Below are positions 1 through 14,236 of a stretch of 64,000 nt of DNA, in pieces (position 1 is the stretch's first letter; each line of letters starts with the position of its first letter). The notes under the pieces are model-generated. The model was not told the origin of the DNA. It saw only the letters and a list, made by a program, of their open reading frames with translations, and made no database searches. The stretch lies in contig JAYSWN010000172.1 in NCBI GenBank assembly GCA_043718025.1, positions 29,630-93,629 on the forward strand, written 5' to 3'. The DNA comes from Pseudomonadota bacterium. Its GTDB lineage: Bacteria > Bdellovibrionota > FAC87 > UBA2466. Both the position numbers and the translations under genes were made by a program.

Positions 1-221
1 TACGGCCTTCGGGTGGCGCTGTTTGCCGCCCCCCGCTGGCCGGTAGGGATTGTTATCAATGCCTTTGCCACCATGGGCGCAGCCCGCCAAGAAGCGGTGG
101 CAAGGCTTTATCACAAGCCGATTGCATGGGCGAAAACGGAACACGAACTTCCCGAGATGTTCGGAGAAGCCGTCAGCGCTTGAGCGGGATTACGAGACCT
201 AATGAAGAGCGGGAGCACGAC

Positions 222-2006
222 ATGACGCGCAACTTATTTGGATTGGTTTTGGGCACCGCCCTCATCGGTATCGCTTGCGTCGGGCCTAAGATGGAAAATG
301 AAGCGCTGGCCATGGCCGTGCGTTCCCCAAAGTGCGTGCAAATTTTTTTCGATGGCAATGGTCGGCCCGAAAAGCAGCTCGGCTACGGACGCCGGATGGC
401 GCTCTACCTGCAAAATCTGCTCGGCCACTTCGTAAACATTCAGCAGGTGCTCTCTCCCATCGAACTCTATAAAAAGGGCGATCTCGACGGCTGTCCCTAT
501 AACTTTTATATAGGCAGCCAATTCGACAACGCCCTACCCGCTGATTTTATTGCCGACGTAAAGACCAGCCCCAGTAGCCTCGTGTGGATGGGCTACAACG
601 TTTGGCAAATGGGTGAAGACGTTTTTAAAGAGCGTTTCGGATTGCAGTACAACAGCATCGCCGAACCCGATAAAAACCACTTGGACCCCGACGGCATCCC
701 CGGTTTTTTTCGCCTGCACGAATACAAGGGCGAGGTATTTAAGAAGTACGCCAAGGTGAGCGGCGAAGGCACGCTGGAAGCGGTTTACGACGTAGTAAAA
801 ACCAAGCCACTCAACGCCAAGGTAAAAGTGGTTAGTTGGGTGCAGCACTCAACGCTTGCCGAGCGAATCCCCTACATTACCCACCATTGGAACCGCTGGT
901 TCGTGGCCGACGTGCCCTTCTCCTATATAAATGAGGAGGACCGCTATCTGATTTTTGCTGACGTACTCTTCGACATGATCGACGAGAAGCCCTTGCGCCA
1001 AGACAAACTTGCGATTGTACGTTTAGAAGACGTTCACCCCGCCATTCCCGAATGGCAGATCCGATCATTTTACGAAGCGGCAAAACGGCAGCAGGCTAAA
1101 TTCGTGGTGTCGTTGATCCCTATCTTCAAAGACCCATACCATGTCTTAGTGCCAAAGGAGCCGGAACTGCTACCGATGGGCGAACGCCCCGCCTTTGCCA
1201 AACTCTTGCACGAAATGCAAGACGCCGGCGTGGCGACGGTGGCCATGCACGGAGTGACTCACCAGAGTGACGATCAAAAAAACCCGGCCGGAGTCAGTGG
1301 CTTTGATTACGAGTTTTGGGACATCCTACTCAATAAGCCGATGCCCAATGACAACGCCGAAGCGGTGGTGAGGCGACTTGAAGAAGGGTACAAAGAGATG
1401 CAAAAGGTCGGGCTCACGCCTCACCTTTGGTTAACGCCGCATTACGCCGCCTCCACCCTAGATACTGCCGTATTCGGCCAGATGTTTGACTGGGTGGTAG
1501 GCCGCATCATTTACACTCCTTTCACCTTGAGCCAACGAGAAAAGTTGCCCGAGTCAATGCGCTTAAGCCGAGGAGCCGTTGGCGCCGACGGGCAACGGGC
1601 AAAGTATTTTGCGGACCTCGCGATTGATGTGGGCAAAGGCGGCCCTACCGAGCAGTACTTTCCCTACGAAATTTACGGCGATGTGCACGACCAGAAGGTG
1701 TTGCCGGAAAATGCCGGCTACCTGGTTCCCAAAAAGGGGGTCCCCCCCGCGGTGGCGATAGACAGAGTGCTGGCCGTGATGAAACGCAATCGCGTGTTGC
1801 GTGACTTTATGGGCTCGCTCTTCATCCACCCCTTTCTAATGGGAAGCATCGAGGGGGGAGGCTTCGGTAAAGTGGATGGCGACACCACTGAAATTGAACG
1901 CCTCTTCTCAGAAATGCGTAAAATGGGCTACCGCTTCTTGTCGACCAAAGAATGGGTGGCAAGTCATCGCGAACCCATTCGCCCCGCGCCCAAAGATCTT
2001 CACTAA
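222..2006 (+). CDS. Putative lipoprotein, function unknown, possibly a carbohydrate deacetylase-like hydrolase
   Basis: Long ORF 126..2006. Start chosen at ATG 222 (MTRNLFGLVLGTALIGIACVG, signal peptide with a lipobox-like IAC). The REDVHP and DxxH-type motifs are only weakly reminiscent of DUF2334/polysaccharide deacetylases, so the function is a guess. Confidence 0.5.
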   Translation: MTRNLFGLVLGTALIGIACVGPKMENEALAMAVRSPKCVQIFFDGNGRPEKQLGYGRRMALYLQNLLGHFVNIQQVLSPIELYKKGDLDGCPYNFYIGSQFDNALPADFIADVKTSPSSLVWMGYNVWQMGEDVFKERFGLQYNSIAEPDKNHLDPDGIPGFFRLHEYKGEVFKKYAKVSGEGTLEAVYDVVKTKPLNAKVKVVSWVQHSTLAERIPYITHHWNRWFVADVPFSYINEEDRYLIFADVLFDMIDEKPLRQDKLAIVRLEDVHPAIPEWQIRSFYEAAKRQQAKFVVSLIPIFKDPYHVLVPKEPELLPMGERPAFAKLLHEMQDAGVATVAMHGVTHQSDDQKNPAGVSGFDYEFWDILLNKPMPNDNAEAVVRRLEEGYKEMQKVGLTPHLWLTPHYAASTLDTAVFGQMFDWVVGRIIYTPFTLSQREKLPESMRLSRGAVGADGQRAKYFADLAIDVGKGGPTEQYFPYEIYGDVHDQKVLPENAGYLVPKKGVPPAVAIDRVLAVMKRNRVLRDFMGSLFIHPFLMGSIEGGGFGKVDGDTTEIERLFSEMRKMGYRFLSTKEWVASHREPIRPAPKDLH

Positions 2007-2189
2007 TTGCCAGCGTAAATCCCTGTCACCACGCGTCTACGCCGCAAATAAATGGTCATTGTTTTTTATCGTCTTTTCCCTTTAAATGACGGTGTCTTTC
2101 AGGAGCCATGGTGGTTCCTGCAGGTCGATCCGAAAAGGGTCCGTCAGAGCGGCCGCTACCGGCAAGTTCTACTGGCTGAAAGGAAAAGA

Positions 2190-4440
<2,251 letters not shown>

Positions 4441-4466
4441 GGAATTAGATAATTGACTCATATGAA

Positions 4467-4497
4467 GGGTCAGGCCGTTGGCCTGGCCCTTTTTTAT
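4467..4497. terminator. Intrinsic terminator-like hairpin between the convergent glnN and lipoprotein genes, possibly bidirectional
   Basis: GGGTCAGGCC-GTTG-GCCTGGCCC followed by TTTTTT. Confidence 0.5.
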
Positions 4498-4610
4498 TTG
4501 GCGGTAACCATTTTTTAAGAAGTGACGATAAAACAGAAAACTACCGCAATGAAAAATAGCGATCGAAATGAAATCATGCTGCCCTACTCCCCATATCAAA
4601 AAAGGAATTC

Positions 4611-6167
4611 TTAATTAAGTTTGCCGACCATAAAGTCTAAACCAGTGAATTGCCCGCGATCCGCTTCGCCGGTGAAGTAGTATGAACTTCCATCCCAGAG
4701 TGACGCCCGTCCCGAAGCGGGTTTAACAACACCCGAAACAGTGTTGTCGAATCGCATCACGCCGGCGGTACCGAAAACGGAATCTACGGCGCCGTCGGAG
4801 TTAAATCGGACCAAGAGTTTTTGGTTAATGTTAACGCCCACTACCTTCGTCTCTCCTAAGGCAAGAATCTTGGAGCCCTGCAACGCCAGGGAATGAATAC
4901 GACCGTCGGTAGGCAACTCGAGACGTTTTTTACCATCGAGATCAAATGACGTGTCCAGAGCGCCTGACTCTGGCAGCAGCCGAAGCAGCGCCAAATCTGA
5001 CTTGGTCGCGCCCATCGCCACCCCGCCTACTAAAATTTTTCCGTCCGATTGAATGGCAATAGCGAGCCCCTCGTCATTCTTGCTCATTCCCATATCCAAA
5101 TTCGGTGGATTAAAGTTGGTATCGAGCACCCCGTCGGCACTTAAACGGATGACAAAAATGTTGGTGTGAGTCGCCCCCGTCAACTTTGACGTTCCCACGA
5201 TCAAGATTCGTCCCGTTGAATCTAAGGCCATGGCGCGCGGAGTGGCGTCACTGGCGCTCAATTCCGCCTCAATCACGGTGAACCCGGCCAGAGTCGCCTG
5301 TCGGCCCGAGGCGCCCGGTGCAAAGCTATAGTCTTGGGACCAATTGGTATTGAGCCGGCGCAACGCCACTTTTGTCCCGCCCCGCACGTCGGTAGAACCG
5401 AGCAAAAGAGGACGCCTCTGGCTATCCAAAATAATTGCCGTCAGCACTTCAGCAGAATTTTTTTCGATGGGGTCGCTATAGCTTGGGTACGCCGCAAAGT
5501 TAGGGGCTTTGTAACGAGTGGAAAGTCTCTGCAAGGTACCGTCTGAAGCAAACCCTACGAGGGCAAAATCGGTATCGGCCGGGTCGGCGGTTTTAGTTAA
5601 CGTGTAGCCAGCCCAAACGCTGCCGTCCGGCAGAGTCACCGCACCGGCTACGTCAGCGTGACCCAAAGTGTCGCGAACCACAATGCGGCCATTCTGACTC
5701 GGATTTATTGCTGCTGAATAAGTGGCATCAAAGAGTCCGGTCGTCAGGTTCACCCTAACCGCCGAAATACCACGAAAGTCCCCGGCCGGGGCCGAAGGCC
5801 CGGCGGGGAAAGTCGCCAAACTGGTTCCCACAATAATTAAATTTCCACTGGTAGATTGTTTAACGATGGCGGCGGGAACATCGCTCTTTGCCACCGGAGT
5901 CGGAAAGGTGGTGGAATTAAAATCAAACTCAGCAAGCCCGTCTCCCGCGAAGGCGGTGGCTAAGGCCAACGGGCGCTCGATGGTCGAGGTGTCATCCTCT
6001 GGTCCTACCTGAACTTCCCAGGTGGGGCACACCGCTACGTTCATCATGGCCGTCGTGCCAGCCTCGGTTAGGCAGCTTCTTTCAAACTTGTTACAGCCCG
6101 CAAGAAACAGGAGCGAAAGGGTAAGCATGCTGAAAACAATTGTGGAAAGTCTCACGGTGTACTCCAA
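4611..6167 (-). CDS. Delta-60 repeat (beta-propeller-like) lipoprotein
   Basis: Lipobox LFLAGC at the N-terminus. Repeated DG(S/A)LDTSF..DGKI.. units are typical of delta-60 repeat proteins. Confidence 0.6.
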   Translation of the reverse strand: MEYTVRLSTIVFSMLTLSLLFLAGCNKFERSCLTEAGTTAMMNVAVCPTWEVQVGPEDDTSTIERPLALATAFAGDGLAEFDFNSTTFPTPVAKSDVPAAIVKQSTSGNLIIVGTSLATFPAGPSAPAGDFRGISAVRVNLTTGLFDATYSAAINPSQNGRIVVRDTLGHADVAGAVTLPDGSVWAGYTLTKTADPADTDFALVGFASDGTLQRLSTRYKAPNFAAYPSYSDPIEKNSAEVLTAIILDSQRRPLLLGSTDVRGGTKVALRRLNTNWSQDYSFAPGASGRQATLAGFTVIEAELSASDATPRAMALDSTGRILIVGTSKLTGATHTNIFVIRLSADGVLDTNFNPPNLDMGMSKNDEGLAIAIQSDGKILVGGVAMGATKSDLALLRLLPESGALDTSFDLDGKKRLELPTDGRIHSLALQGSKILALGETKVVGVNINQKLLVRFNSDGAVDSVFGTAGVMRFDNTVSGVVKPASGRASLWDGSSYYFTGEADRGQFTGLDFMVGKLN

Positions 6168-6503
6168 GGCGAAATTCTATTGCTATCGACTTACTATCCA
6201 ATGTCCGTGCCAGCTAATTGCGCCTGAGAAATTGGTGGCCAGGGGAATGGGGAATGGACAAGTTTTAGGAGTGGCCGGCTAAGCCATTGAAAGCGCTGGT
6301 TTCTTCTGTGTTCCAGCGGTATACACCGTGCTGTATTCTGACGGTAGACTAAGTAAGGCTCTGCATTTATTGATATTTTAACTGTTGTATTCTGTGGGAT
6401 GTTTTCAGAATACGCCGCCTTAAAAGGCTGCCGCCGAACCCGCGCAAAAAAAAAAGGGCCCGCCCCAGTGGGACAGACCCTTTTTGAAGATCAAAATCGG
6501 CGC

Positions 6504-8132
<1,629 letters not shown>

Positions 8133-8152
8133 CTAATTCTCCTTAGGCTAAA

Positions 8153-8440
8153 TTAACCGACGATTCCGAGGATCTCATCCTCGCGCATCATCAAATACTC
8201 ATCACCATCCACCTTCACCTCAGTGCCGGAATACTTTCCGAAGAGGATTTTGTCCCCTTTTTTCACTTCGAGAGGCACGACTTTTCCATCGTCCAGAATC
8301 TTGCCGCTACCTACGGCAACAACTTCACCCTCTTGTGGTTTTTCCTTAGCGGTATCTGGAATAATGATTCCGCCCTTGGTGGTTTCTTCTTCATTCAAGC
8401 GACGCACGATTACTCGATCGCGCAATGGCTTTATCTTCAT
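8153..8440 (-). CDS. groS: Co-chaperonin GroES (Hsp10)
   Basis: [39 protein letters not shown] 8440 is preceded by AGGAG at 7 nt. The GTG at 8446 in the ORF track is less likely. Confidence 0.9.
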   Translation of the reverse strand: MKIKPLRDRVIVRRLNEEETTKGGIIIPDTAKEKPQEGEVVAVGSGKILDDGKVVPLEVKKGDKILFGKYSGTEVKVDGDEYLMMREDEILGIVG

Positions 8441-8773
8441 ATTCACACTCCTAATTAAGTTACGTTAGACTAGCGCCGCCCCACCCCCCGAAGGACTGGT
8501 GAGCTATTCTCTTTAAGCTCTTCAGGGTGAAGACAACGTTATAGTTAAAACATTGAACGTTGTTTTAGGGATTCCCGCGCCAAGGTCAAGTAAATTTATT
8601 TATTTCCAAGCCATATCAAGGGTTTAAGGATTTCATGGCCAGCCCCAGTTTTGACTTCTTTTTCAGCGTTCCCAAATAAGAAAGCGTCGGAAGGCGCCTC
8701 CGACAAAAATCTTTGCGCAGCACGGCAATTAGGCCGTTCAGCGCCATTTAAATTTAGAGAGAAGGAGCCTTTT

Positions 8774-9265
8774 ATGATGCTTTTTAAAAACGACCGAAAC
8801 TGGGACCCCTTTAAAGAGTGGGAGCAATTTTTTACCAATACGGCTGCCCGTCAAGCGCGGCAGAGCCCGGCCTATGAGTCGCCACGCTACGCAGTTCAGG
8901 AGAAGGAAGATGGCTTTATTCTTAGCCTAGATGTGCCAGGAGTGCGTAAGGAAGACATTCAGATTGAGAGCAAAGGGCGCACCCTTTCGGTCACGGCCAA
9001 GCGTAAAGCGGCCCACACCGAGGGCGAAGCCTCCGAAGAGTCGACGTTTTCCTACCACGCCAGCTTCGAACTACCTGAAGCGGTGCAGATGGACGGGGCC
9101 GAGGCGTCTTACCAAGACGGAGTGCTGTGCCTGGCCCTGCCAAAAGTGAAAGAGGCCACTACGCGGGCCATTAAGGTAACGGACGGTCGTGGCGAGTTTT
9201 TCGGAAAACTCGTTCAAGGCTTTAAGAAAAAGATCCCAGAAGTAAAAACGGAAGCCAAAGCCTAA
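8774..9265 (+). CDS. Small heat shock protein, Hsp20/alpha-crystallin family
   Basis: Alpha-crystallin core YAVQEKEDGFILSLDVPGV..IESKGRTLSVTA..GVLCLALPK. ATG 8774 is preceded by GAGAAGGAG. Divergent from groES. Confidence 0.85.
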   Translation: MMLFKNDRNWDPFKEWEQFFTNTAARQARQSPAYESPRYAVQEKEDGFILSLDVPGVRKEDIQIESKGRTLSVTAKRKAAHTEGEASEESTFSYHASFELPEAVQMDGAEASYQDGVLCLALPKVKEATTRAIKVTDGRGEFFGKLVQGFKKKIPEVKTEAKA

Positions 9266-9298
9266 TCCCCACTCGGCCTGTACGCTTTTCCCCCAATA

Positions 9299-9328
9299 GG
9301 GGGCCCGGAAACGGGCCCCCTTTTTTTT
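9299..9328 (+). terminator. Rho-independent terminator after the Hsp20 gene
   Basis: GGGGGCCCG-GAAA-CGGGCCCCC followed by TTTTTTTT. Confidence 0.65.
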
Positions 9329-9445
9329 AGCCGGCGTCACCCCATTTGCCCTTTTTTAGGAAAACTAGCCGGAATCGTTGAAATCTCTGCCTTCCCCGTT
9401 TATCTTTTTCCCCAATTTCGAATTGTTTCTAGAGTAGGAGCCGCC

Positions 9446-10609
9446 GTGTTCAGGTCTTCATTTACTGTCTCAATAAAAGCTCAGGGCCTTACCCTTGGCG
9501 TTTGCCGGTCACGCGTGCCTGGCACCTTAGAAGTGTTTGTCGATGGTCCGGTGAAAAGGGCTGAACTGCTGCGCGTCACCGTAGAGGGAACTAACGCTAC
9601 GGGGCAGCAGGCCTTTCCCCCGTTGAGCTACACTTTTACCCCCTCAATCGATGCCCCTGCCGCCGCTGCTCTCGAACTTTCATTGCCGTTCAAAGACTTT
9701 TTAGTTGGCAAAGAGAAGTCGACCCACGGGCTGCTAAGAATTCAGTTTTATGTAGATGGGGCCCAGCCGGTTTCGGCGCTGCTGCCGGTAGAAAGCTTTT
9801 TGCGTCTTTACCGCGCTAAAGGAAAAGCGGCAGCGGACTCATTGAGTTGGCATGGCTTGGCGTTGATCGACCACAAAGAAGTGGCCGCATTATCGCCGCT
9901 CAGTTTAAAAGCGCGCTCGGATCAAAGACGGGAAGAGATTGAGGCAGCTCGCCTTAAGGCCGTGGAAGAGGCCAAGGCAAAAGAGGCGGCTCGTTTGGCC
10001 GCCGCCAAAGCGGCGGAAGAGGCGCGCGCCAAGAGTGCGGTCGGAGCTTCGGCCGCCACTTCGGCCCCCGTCGACAAATCAAAACCCACCTTGGCCGGCG
10101 CTAAAACGCTGCTGATCTACGGATCTTCGACCGGCAACACCACGGATGTGGCGGAAATGATCAAAGCAGAATTGGGCGATAGCGTTGATGCGGTAAAAAA
10201 CATTACCGACTTGAGCCTTTTAGATTTTGGCATTCCGGAAAGATTCATTCTCGGGGTGCCCACCTGGCACATTGGCGAGATGCAAGATGACTGGGCCTCG
10301 ATATTGCCTGACTTTGATAAATCGACGATAAGCTTGGCGGGAAAAAAACTTGCGGTCTTTGGCTTGGGCGATGGCAAGGGCTACCCTGACTCGTACGTGG
10401 ACGCGATGCAGGAGTTGGCCGAAAAATTCGAGAAAAAAGGGGCCAAGCTGGTGGGGTTGTGGCCAACCGAAGGTTATGAATTCAAAAAGTCAAAAGCCAT
10501 TCGCGGCAATAAATTCGTAGGCCTGGTGATCGATGTAGAGAACCAAGACGAACTGAGCGAACGCCGAGTTAAAGAGTGGTGCGCGCAGCTTAAGAACGAA
10601 CTATTCTAA
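9446..10609 (+). CDS. Fusion protein: unknown N-terminal domain (about 190 aa), Ala/Lys/Glu-rich linker, C-terminal long-chain flavodoxin
   Basis: C-terminus LLIYGSSTGNTTDVAEMI..LAVFGLGDGKGYPDSYVDA..FVGLVIDVENQ is a flavodoxin (FldA-like). GTG start is preceded by AGGAG. The N-terminal domain is not recognised. Confidence 0.7.
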   Translation: MFRSSFTVSIKAQGLTLGVCRSRVPGTLEVFVDGPVKRAELLRVTVEGTNATGQQAFPPLSYTFTPSIDAPAAAALELSLPFKDFLVGKEKSTHGLLRIQFYVDGAQPVSALLPVESFLRLYRAKGKAAADSLSWHGLALIDHKEVAALSPLSLKARSDQRREEIEAARLKAVEEAKAKEAARLAAAKAAEEARAKSAVGASAATSAPVDKSKPTLAGAKTLLIYGSSTGNTTDVAEMIKAELGDSVDAVKNITDLSLLDFGIPERFILGVPTWHIGEMQDDWASILPDFDKSTISLAGKKLAVFGLGDGKGYPDSYVDAMQELAEKFEKKGAKLVGLWPTEGYEFKKSKAIRGNKFVGLVIDVENQDELSERRVKEWCAQLKNELF

Positions 10610-10912
10610 AGCCGTCACGAACTCCACCCAGTTCGGAGTGGCGTTTTCGATCTTAAAACCAAAATTATTTTCTTCATCGGCCCACACGGGCTGCACGGTC
10701 ATCTGCGCGCTGACCGTCTCACTTAGCTCCACACTCACAAACATACGACTGCCAAAAAAGATTCTTTCGGGAAGATTTGCCTTAAACCCGCCCTGAGAAA
10801 TTTCGGAGGTCGAGATTGGGATTTTGATGTCGCTGGTGGGCATCATCAAATAGCCAGTGCGTTCACATTTAATGCGCGGATGACGTCGGCGATTAAGAGC
10901 GGTGTTGTCCAT
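10601..10912 (-). CDS. PilZ domain protein (c-di-GMP binding)
   Basis: RRRHPR (RxxxR) and EISQGG (D/NxSxGG) motifs. 103 aa. Confidence 0.6.
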   Translation of the reverse strand: MDNTALNRRRHPRIKCERTGYLMMPTSDIKIPISTSEISQGGFKANLPERIFFGSRMFVSVELSETVSAQMTVQPVWADEENNFGFKIENATPNWVEFVTALE

Positions 10913-11051
10913 GGATCTAGAATAACTCGGAATCTATCGACGCATAACGGCGTATCGCAACACGTTGGGTCGAATTTGCCGTAGGACAACTTGAAAACTG
11001 GGTCGCCAAGCCTCTCATGACTACCAGCCCAGTTTCGGCTATCGTTGGGCC

Positions 11052-12263
11052 ATGCCGATGACCAGCTTAGAGGCCATTCAACAGGCCCAGACCCGCATTG
11101 CCCCCTACATCGTCCAGACGCCACTCATTCTTTCCGAAGCCCTATCGCGCCACTGCCATAAAGAAGTCCTGATGAAGTGTGAAACTTTTCAGCGTACCGG
11201 TTCTTTTAAAATGCGCGGGGCAGCGCACTGCATCCTGCAAAATCTGGCCCAGGCCAAAAAGAATGGTGTGGTTGCGGCCTCGGCGGGAAACCACGCGCAA
11301 GCGGTTGCCTTGATGTGCAAGATAACCGGAATTCAAGCCACGATCGTGATGCCGGTAACAACGCCTCCGATTAAGATTCAACACACGGCGCGCTGGGGGG
11401 CCAAGATCGAGCTGGCCGGGGTTTTTTTAGATGAGGCATTTACCCACGCCTTAGCGCTATCACAAAAGCGCGGCTGCGTTTTCGTGCACGCCTTTAATGA
11501 TGCCGATATCGTGGCGGGGCAAGGCACCGTTGCTTTAGAGATGTGTGCCGATGCCAAATTCAAAGGTACCGAAGCCTTTTTGATTCCAATTGGGGGCGGT
11601 GGCTTAGCGGTGGGAATGGCCACCGCGTTAAAGGCGCTGTCACCCGGGACCAAGATTTATGGCGTCGCGCCTAAAAATGCCGGCGCCATTTTAGAAAGCT
11701 TTCGCACCGGAAAAGTGATGCCGCTTGACGTGACTTTTACGTTGGCCGACGGCACCGCAAAAAAACGGCCCGATGAAGTGATGCTGGCCGAGCTCAGAAG
11801 CTTACTGACCGACGTAATTTTGATGAGCGAAGAGTCCATCGCGCACGGCATTTCACTCATCGCCGAAGAATCTAAAATGGTGGTTGAAGGCTCGGGCGCG
11901 CTGGGCGTGGCCGCTCTGCTCGAAGACAAGATTCCAGAAAAAAAGATTGGCATCATCCTTTCGGGTGGAAACATTGACCTTCCCGCTTTTTCTTCGGTGT
12001 TGCATCGTGGCTTGGTTGAGCAAGGGCGATTGATTCGCGTTGCCATTACCATCAGCGACCGGCCCGGAGGGTTGGCGGCAGTAACCCAAATTCTCGCCGA
12101 TAAGAAAGCAAACATCTTGCAAGTCTTTCACCAGCGCTCCACCTTAAAGGCCGCCATCGGCGAAACCGAAATCGATGTCGACATGGAAACCAAAGGGCCC
12201 GAGCACACCCTGGAAATTTTGCAGGCGCTGAAAGAGCGAGGGTTTCAAGTTAGCCGTGTTTAA
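11052..12263 (+). CDS. ilvA: Threonine dehydratase (threonine ammonia-lyase), PLP-dependent with C-terminal ACT-like domain
   Basis: SFKMRGA lysine motif and SAGNHAQAVA Gly-rich PLP loop. About 400 aa with a regulatory C-terminus. Confidence 0.8.
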   Translation: MPMTSLEAIQQAQTRIAPYIVQTPLILSEALSRHCHKEVLMKCETFQRTGSFKMRGAAHCILQNLAQAKKNGVVAASAGNHAQAVALMCKITGIQATIVMPVTTPPIKIQHTARWGAKIELAGVFLDEAFTHALALSQKRGCVFVHAFNDADIVAGQGTVALEMCADAKFKGTEAFLIPIGGGGLAVGMATALKALSPGTKIYGVAPKNAGAILESFRTGKVMPLDVTFTLADGTAKKRPDEVMLAELRSLLTDVILMSEESIAHGISLIAEESKMVVEGSGALGVAALLEDKIPEKKIGIILSGGNIDLPAFSSVLHRGLVEQGRLIRVAITISDRPGGLAAVTQILADKKANILQVFHQRSTLKAAIGETEIDVDMETKGPEHTLEILQALKERGFQVSRV

Positions 12264-13008
12264 ACGTTTGGTAATTGCGACCGCTATTTTTGCTTCGGGC
12301 CCAATACGCGCCGACGATTCGCTATCGGCCAGCGCCAACTACGTTCGGCAGAAAAATGGCCCCGATCGCGTTGAACTATCGGCGATTCGCAATTGGCAAG
12401 GGCCCGAGAACTTCCGGCTGGAGGCAAAACTGCGCTTGGGCACCAACGAAAAACAGCTGCAAACTTTTGATTGGGCCGGCGAAGCCACTTACCATCTCAT
12501 CGAGTACGTGCAACCCGCTCTGCGTTTTTACAACGTTAGCCACCTCGCTAACGGCACTCACCACACCGGAATCTATCCGGCGATAAATTTCTATCTGCCG
12601 GTTTTTTCGCAGTTTAGACTGCACGCGAACTTCGGCTGGTTTTTGCGCTGGGTTTCGCTTTCGACAGCCGTACCGCTGCCCTACTGGGGGGGCACGTCTT
12701 ACTTTGAACACGACATTGGATTTGCCCTGGGCGGAGAACTCAAGTTTCTACCGGCCTGGCGTTTTTCGGCCACGGCCACCACTTACGATGACTTTGACGT
12801 GCACAACTTCAATCACCCCATTCTCAAACTGACCGTTGCTCATGATCTGGCTGACCGCAATGAGGTAGCCCTCTTCTTTCGCAATGATTTTTTATTGGGC
12901 TTTGGCCGAACGCAGTCGTGGCGGATAGGTGCCACCTACGTCTGGAAATTTAGTAGTCCAGCCGCTTTCGCTCAAAACTTAACTGGTCGCCGTCTACCGA
13001 AACCTTGA
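12256..13008 (+). CDS. Hypothetical secreted protein, possibly an outer-membrane beta-barrel
   Basis: Signal peptide MFKRLVIATAIFASGPIRA. Alternating hydrophobic pattern and terminal ..YVWKF. GTG start overlaps the ilvA stop. Confidence 0.45.
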   Translation: MFKRLVIATAIFASGPIRADDSLSASANYVRQKNGPDRVELSAIRNWQGPENFRLEAKLRLGTNEKQLQTFDWAGEATYHLIEYVQPALRFYNVSHLANGTHHTGIYPAINFYLPVFSQFRLHANFGWFLRWVSLSTAVPLPYWGGTSYFEHDIGFALGGELKFLPAWRFSATATTYDDFDVHNFNHPILKLTVAHDLADRNEVALFFRNDFLLGFGRTQSWRIGATYVWKFSSPAAFAQNLTGRRLPKP

Positions 13009-13804
13009 CGTAAAAGTTTTCTAACACGGGCTCCATACGTCGACCGCCGCCACCACCGGCCACGAGATAGCTCACCCCATCAATATTCTTCTGCACATAG
13101 CTGTGATAGTGCGCCGCCAACCAGGCCGATACATTCCGAGTGGTCGCCAATTTCATCAGGGCCTGAGCCTCTTGTGCGTCAGAGAAACGCAGATAGCTGC
13201 GCACTCCGGCAACGATGGGGGAGTAATGGCTGAGTAGAAAAATATTTGTCTCTGGGCGCCCACCCAATTGCTGATTCAGCCATTCGGTCTGCTCGCTGCC
13301 TAAAGTGGCGTCGGCGGTATCAAGCGCAACAAACCGCGAGTTGCCTACGGTGAAGGCGTAGTGGCTCGGCCCGACTTTGGCTTTAAAGAACTCCCAACCG
13401 TCGGCAAAGATATCGTGGTTACCGAGAATCGAAAAAACCTTTCCGGCCAAGGGCGACGCAAGAATTGCCGCGTGGTAAGCATTCACCTGCTCAGCGGTGC
13501 CCTGATCGGCCAAATCGCCAAGCATGATCGCAAAGGCATCGCCGTCAGCCGCCGACAGCGCCAGCATCTTTTCGAGCCAGGTCGTGGCCCCTAGGTGCAG
13601 ATCGCCTACGGTGGAAAAGCTGAACTTGTTGGGATTGGTAAGCACAGGCGGAGTGACGACCAGCGCGAGCTTCTCGCTTTCAGCAAAACGGGTTTCGGGA
13701 AGAGTTCGGCTCACGCAACCTGGCCACAAGAGCGCGCCCAAAAGCGCTGACGAAATAATAGACACCCGAAAAAATAAAATCATGGTTACCCCTTGAAACT
13801 GCAC
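12950..13804 (-). CDS. Calcineurin-like metallophosphoesterase, secreted or lipoprotein
   Basis: GDLHLG..LGDLADQG..GNHD..HYH motifs. N-terminal signal peptide. The start may be at the internal MILFF (13783). Confidence 0.7.
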   Translation of the reverse strand: MQFQGVTMILFFRVSIISSALLGALLWPGCVSRTLPETRFAESEKLALVVTPPVLTNPNKFSFSTVGDLHLGATTWLEKMLALSAADGDAFAIMLGDLADQGTAEQVNAYHAAILASPLAGKVFSILGNHDIFADGWEFFKAKVGPSHYAFTVGNSRFVALDTADATLGSEQTEWLNQQLGGRPETNIFLLSHYSPIVAGVRSYLRFSDAQEAQALMKLATTRNVSAWLAAHYHSYVQKNIDGVSYLVAGGGGGRRMEPVLENFYVKVSVDGDQLSFERKRLDY

Positions 13805-14021
13805 CTATTTTCACTCAAAGCCCGGCGATTTCAAGCAAGTGTGTAAGAAGTAGGCAGCTTGCCCCCTAAGATTTCAACGGTTTACAAAAAGGTGTCAATA
13901 AACTGGAAATTGTTTGTCCGAGAGTTAGGCCACGAAACAGGTGGCGATTTGTTACGCACTGACAAGAATTAAAACTTAGAAAACAATGACTTACAAAGTA
14001 TCCTTGAAGTGACCAAGAAGC

Positions 14022-14039
14022 TGGCACAACCCTCGCTTA
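14022..14039 (+). promoter_or_regulatory. Candidate sigma-54 (-24/-12) promoter facing the glycan cluster
   Basis: TGGCAC-N7-GC (cTGGCACaaccctcGCtt) with the correct GG/GC spacing. No EBP site identified. Confidence 0.3.
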
Positions 14040-14236
14040 TATAGAAATCATGCGGGCCAATAAGAGAAGTGCGGCGACAAGCCCAAGCCGGCACTTCCGT
14101 CTCCAGGTAGTAGGTCTGATGAACTTCCCAGCGGCTCCCGCTGGAAAAAGTAGTCGCCTCGCCTGAAGGTTTTACCGGAACGGTGAGTGCAACCGCCCGG
14201 TCGAAACAGAAAATTGAACTCTTCGAATTCTAAGGT

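Noticed and set aside
2007-2189. Possible glutamine riboswitch or NtrC/sigma-54 site upstream of glnN
   Set aside because: I could find no TGGCAC-N5-TTGC match or recognisable glnA-RNA motif. Not called.
8446-8446. GTG start for groES and TTG 42887 start for rplU as given by the ORF track
   Set aside because: Downstream ATGs (8440 and 42893) have properly spaced AGGAG / TGAGGT sites and give canonical N-termini.
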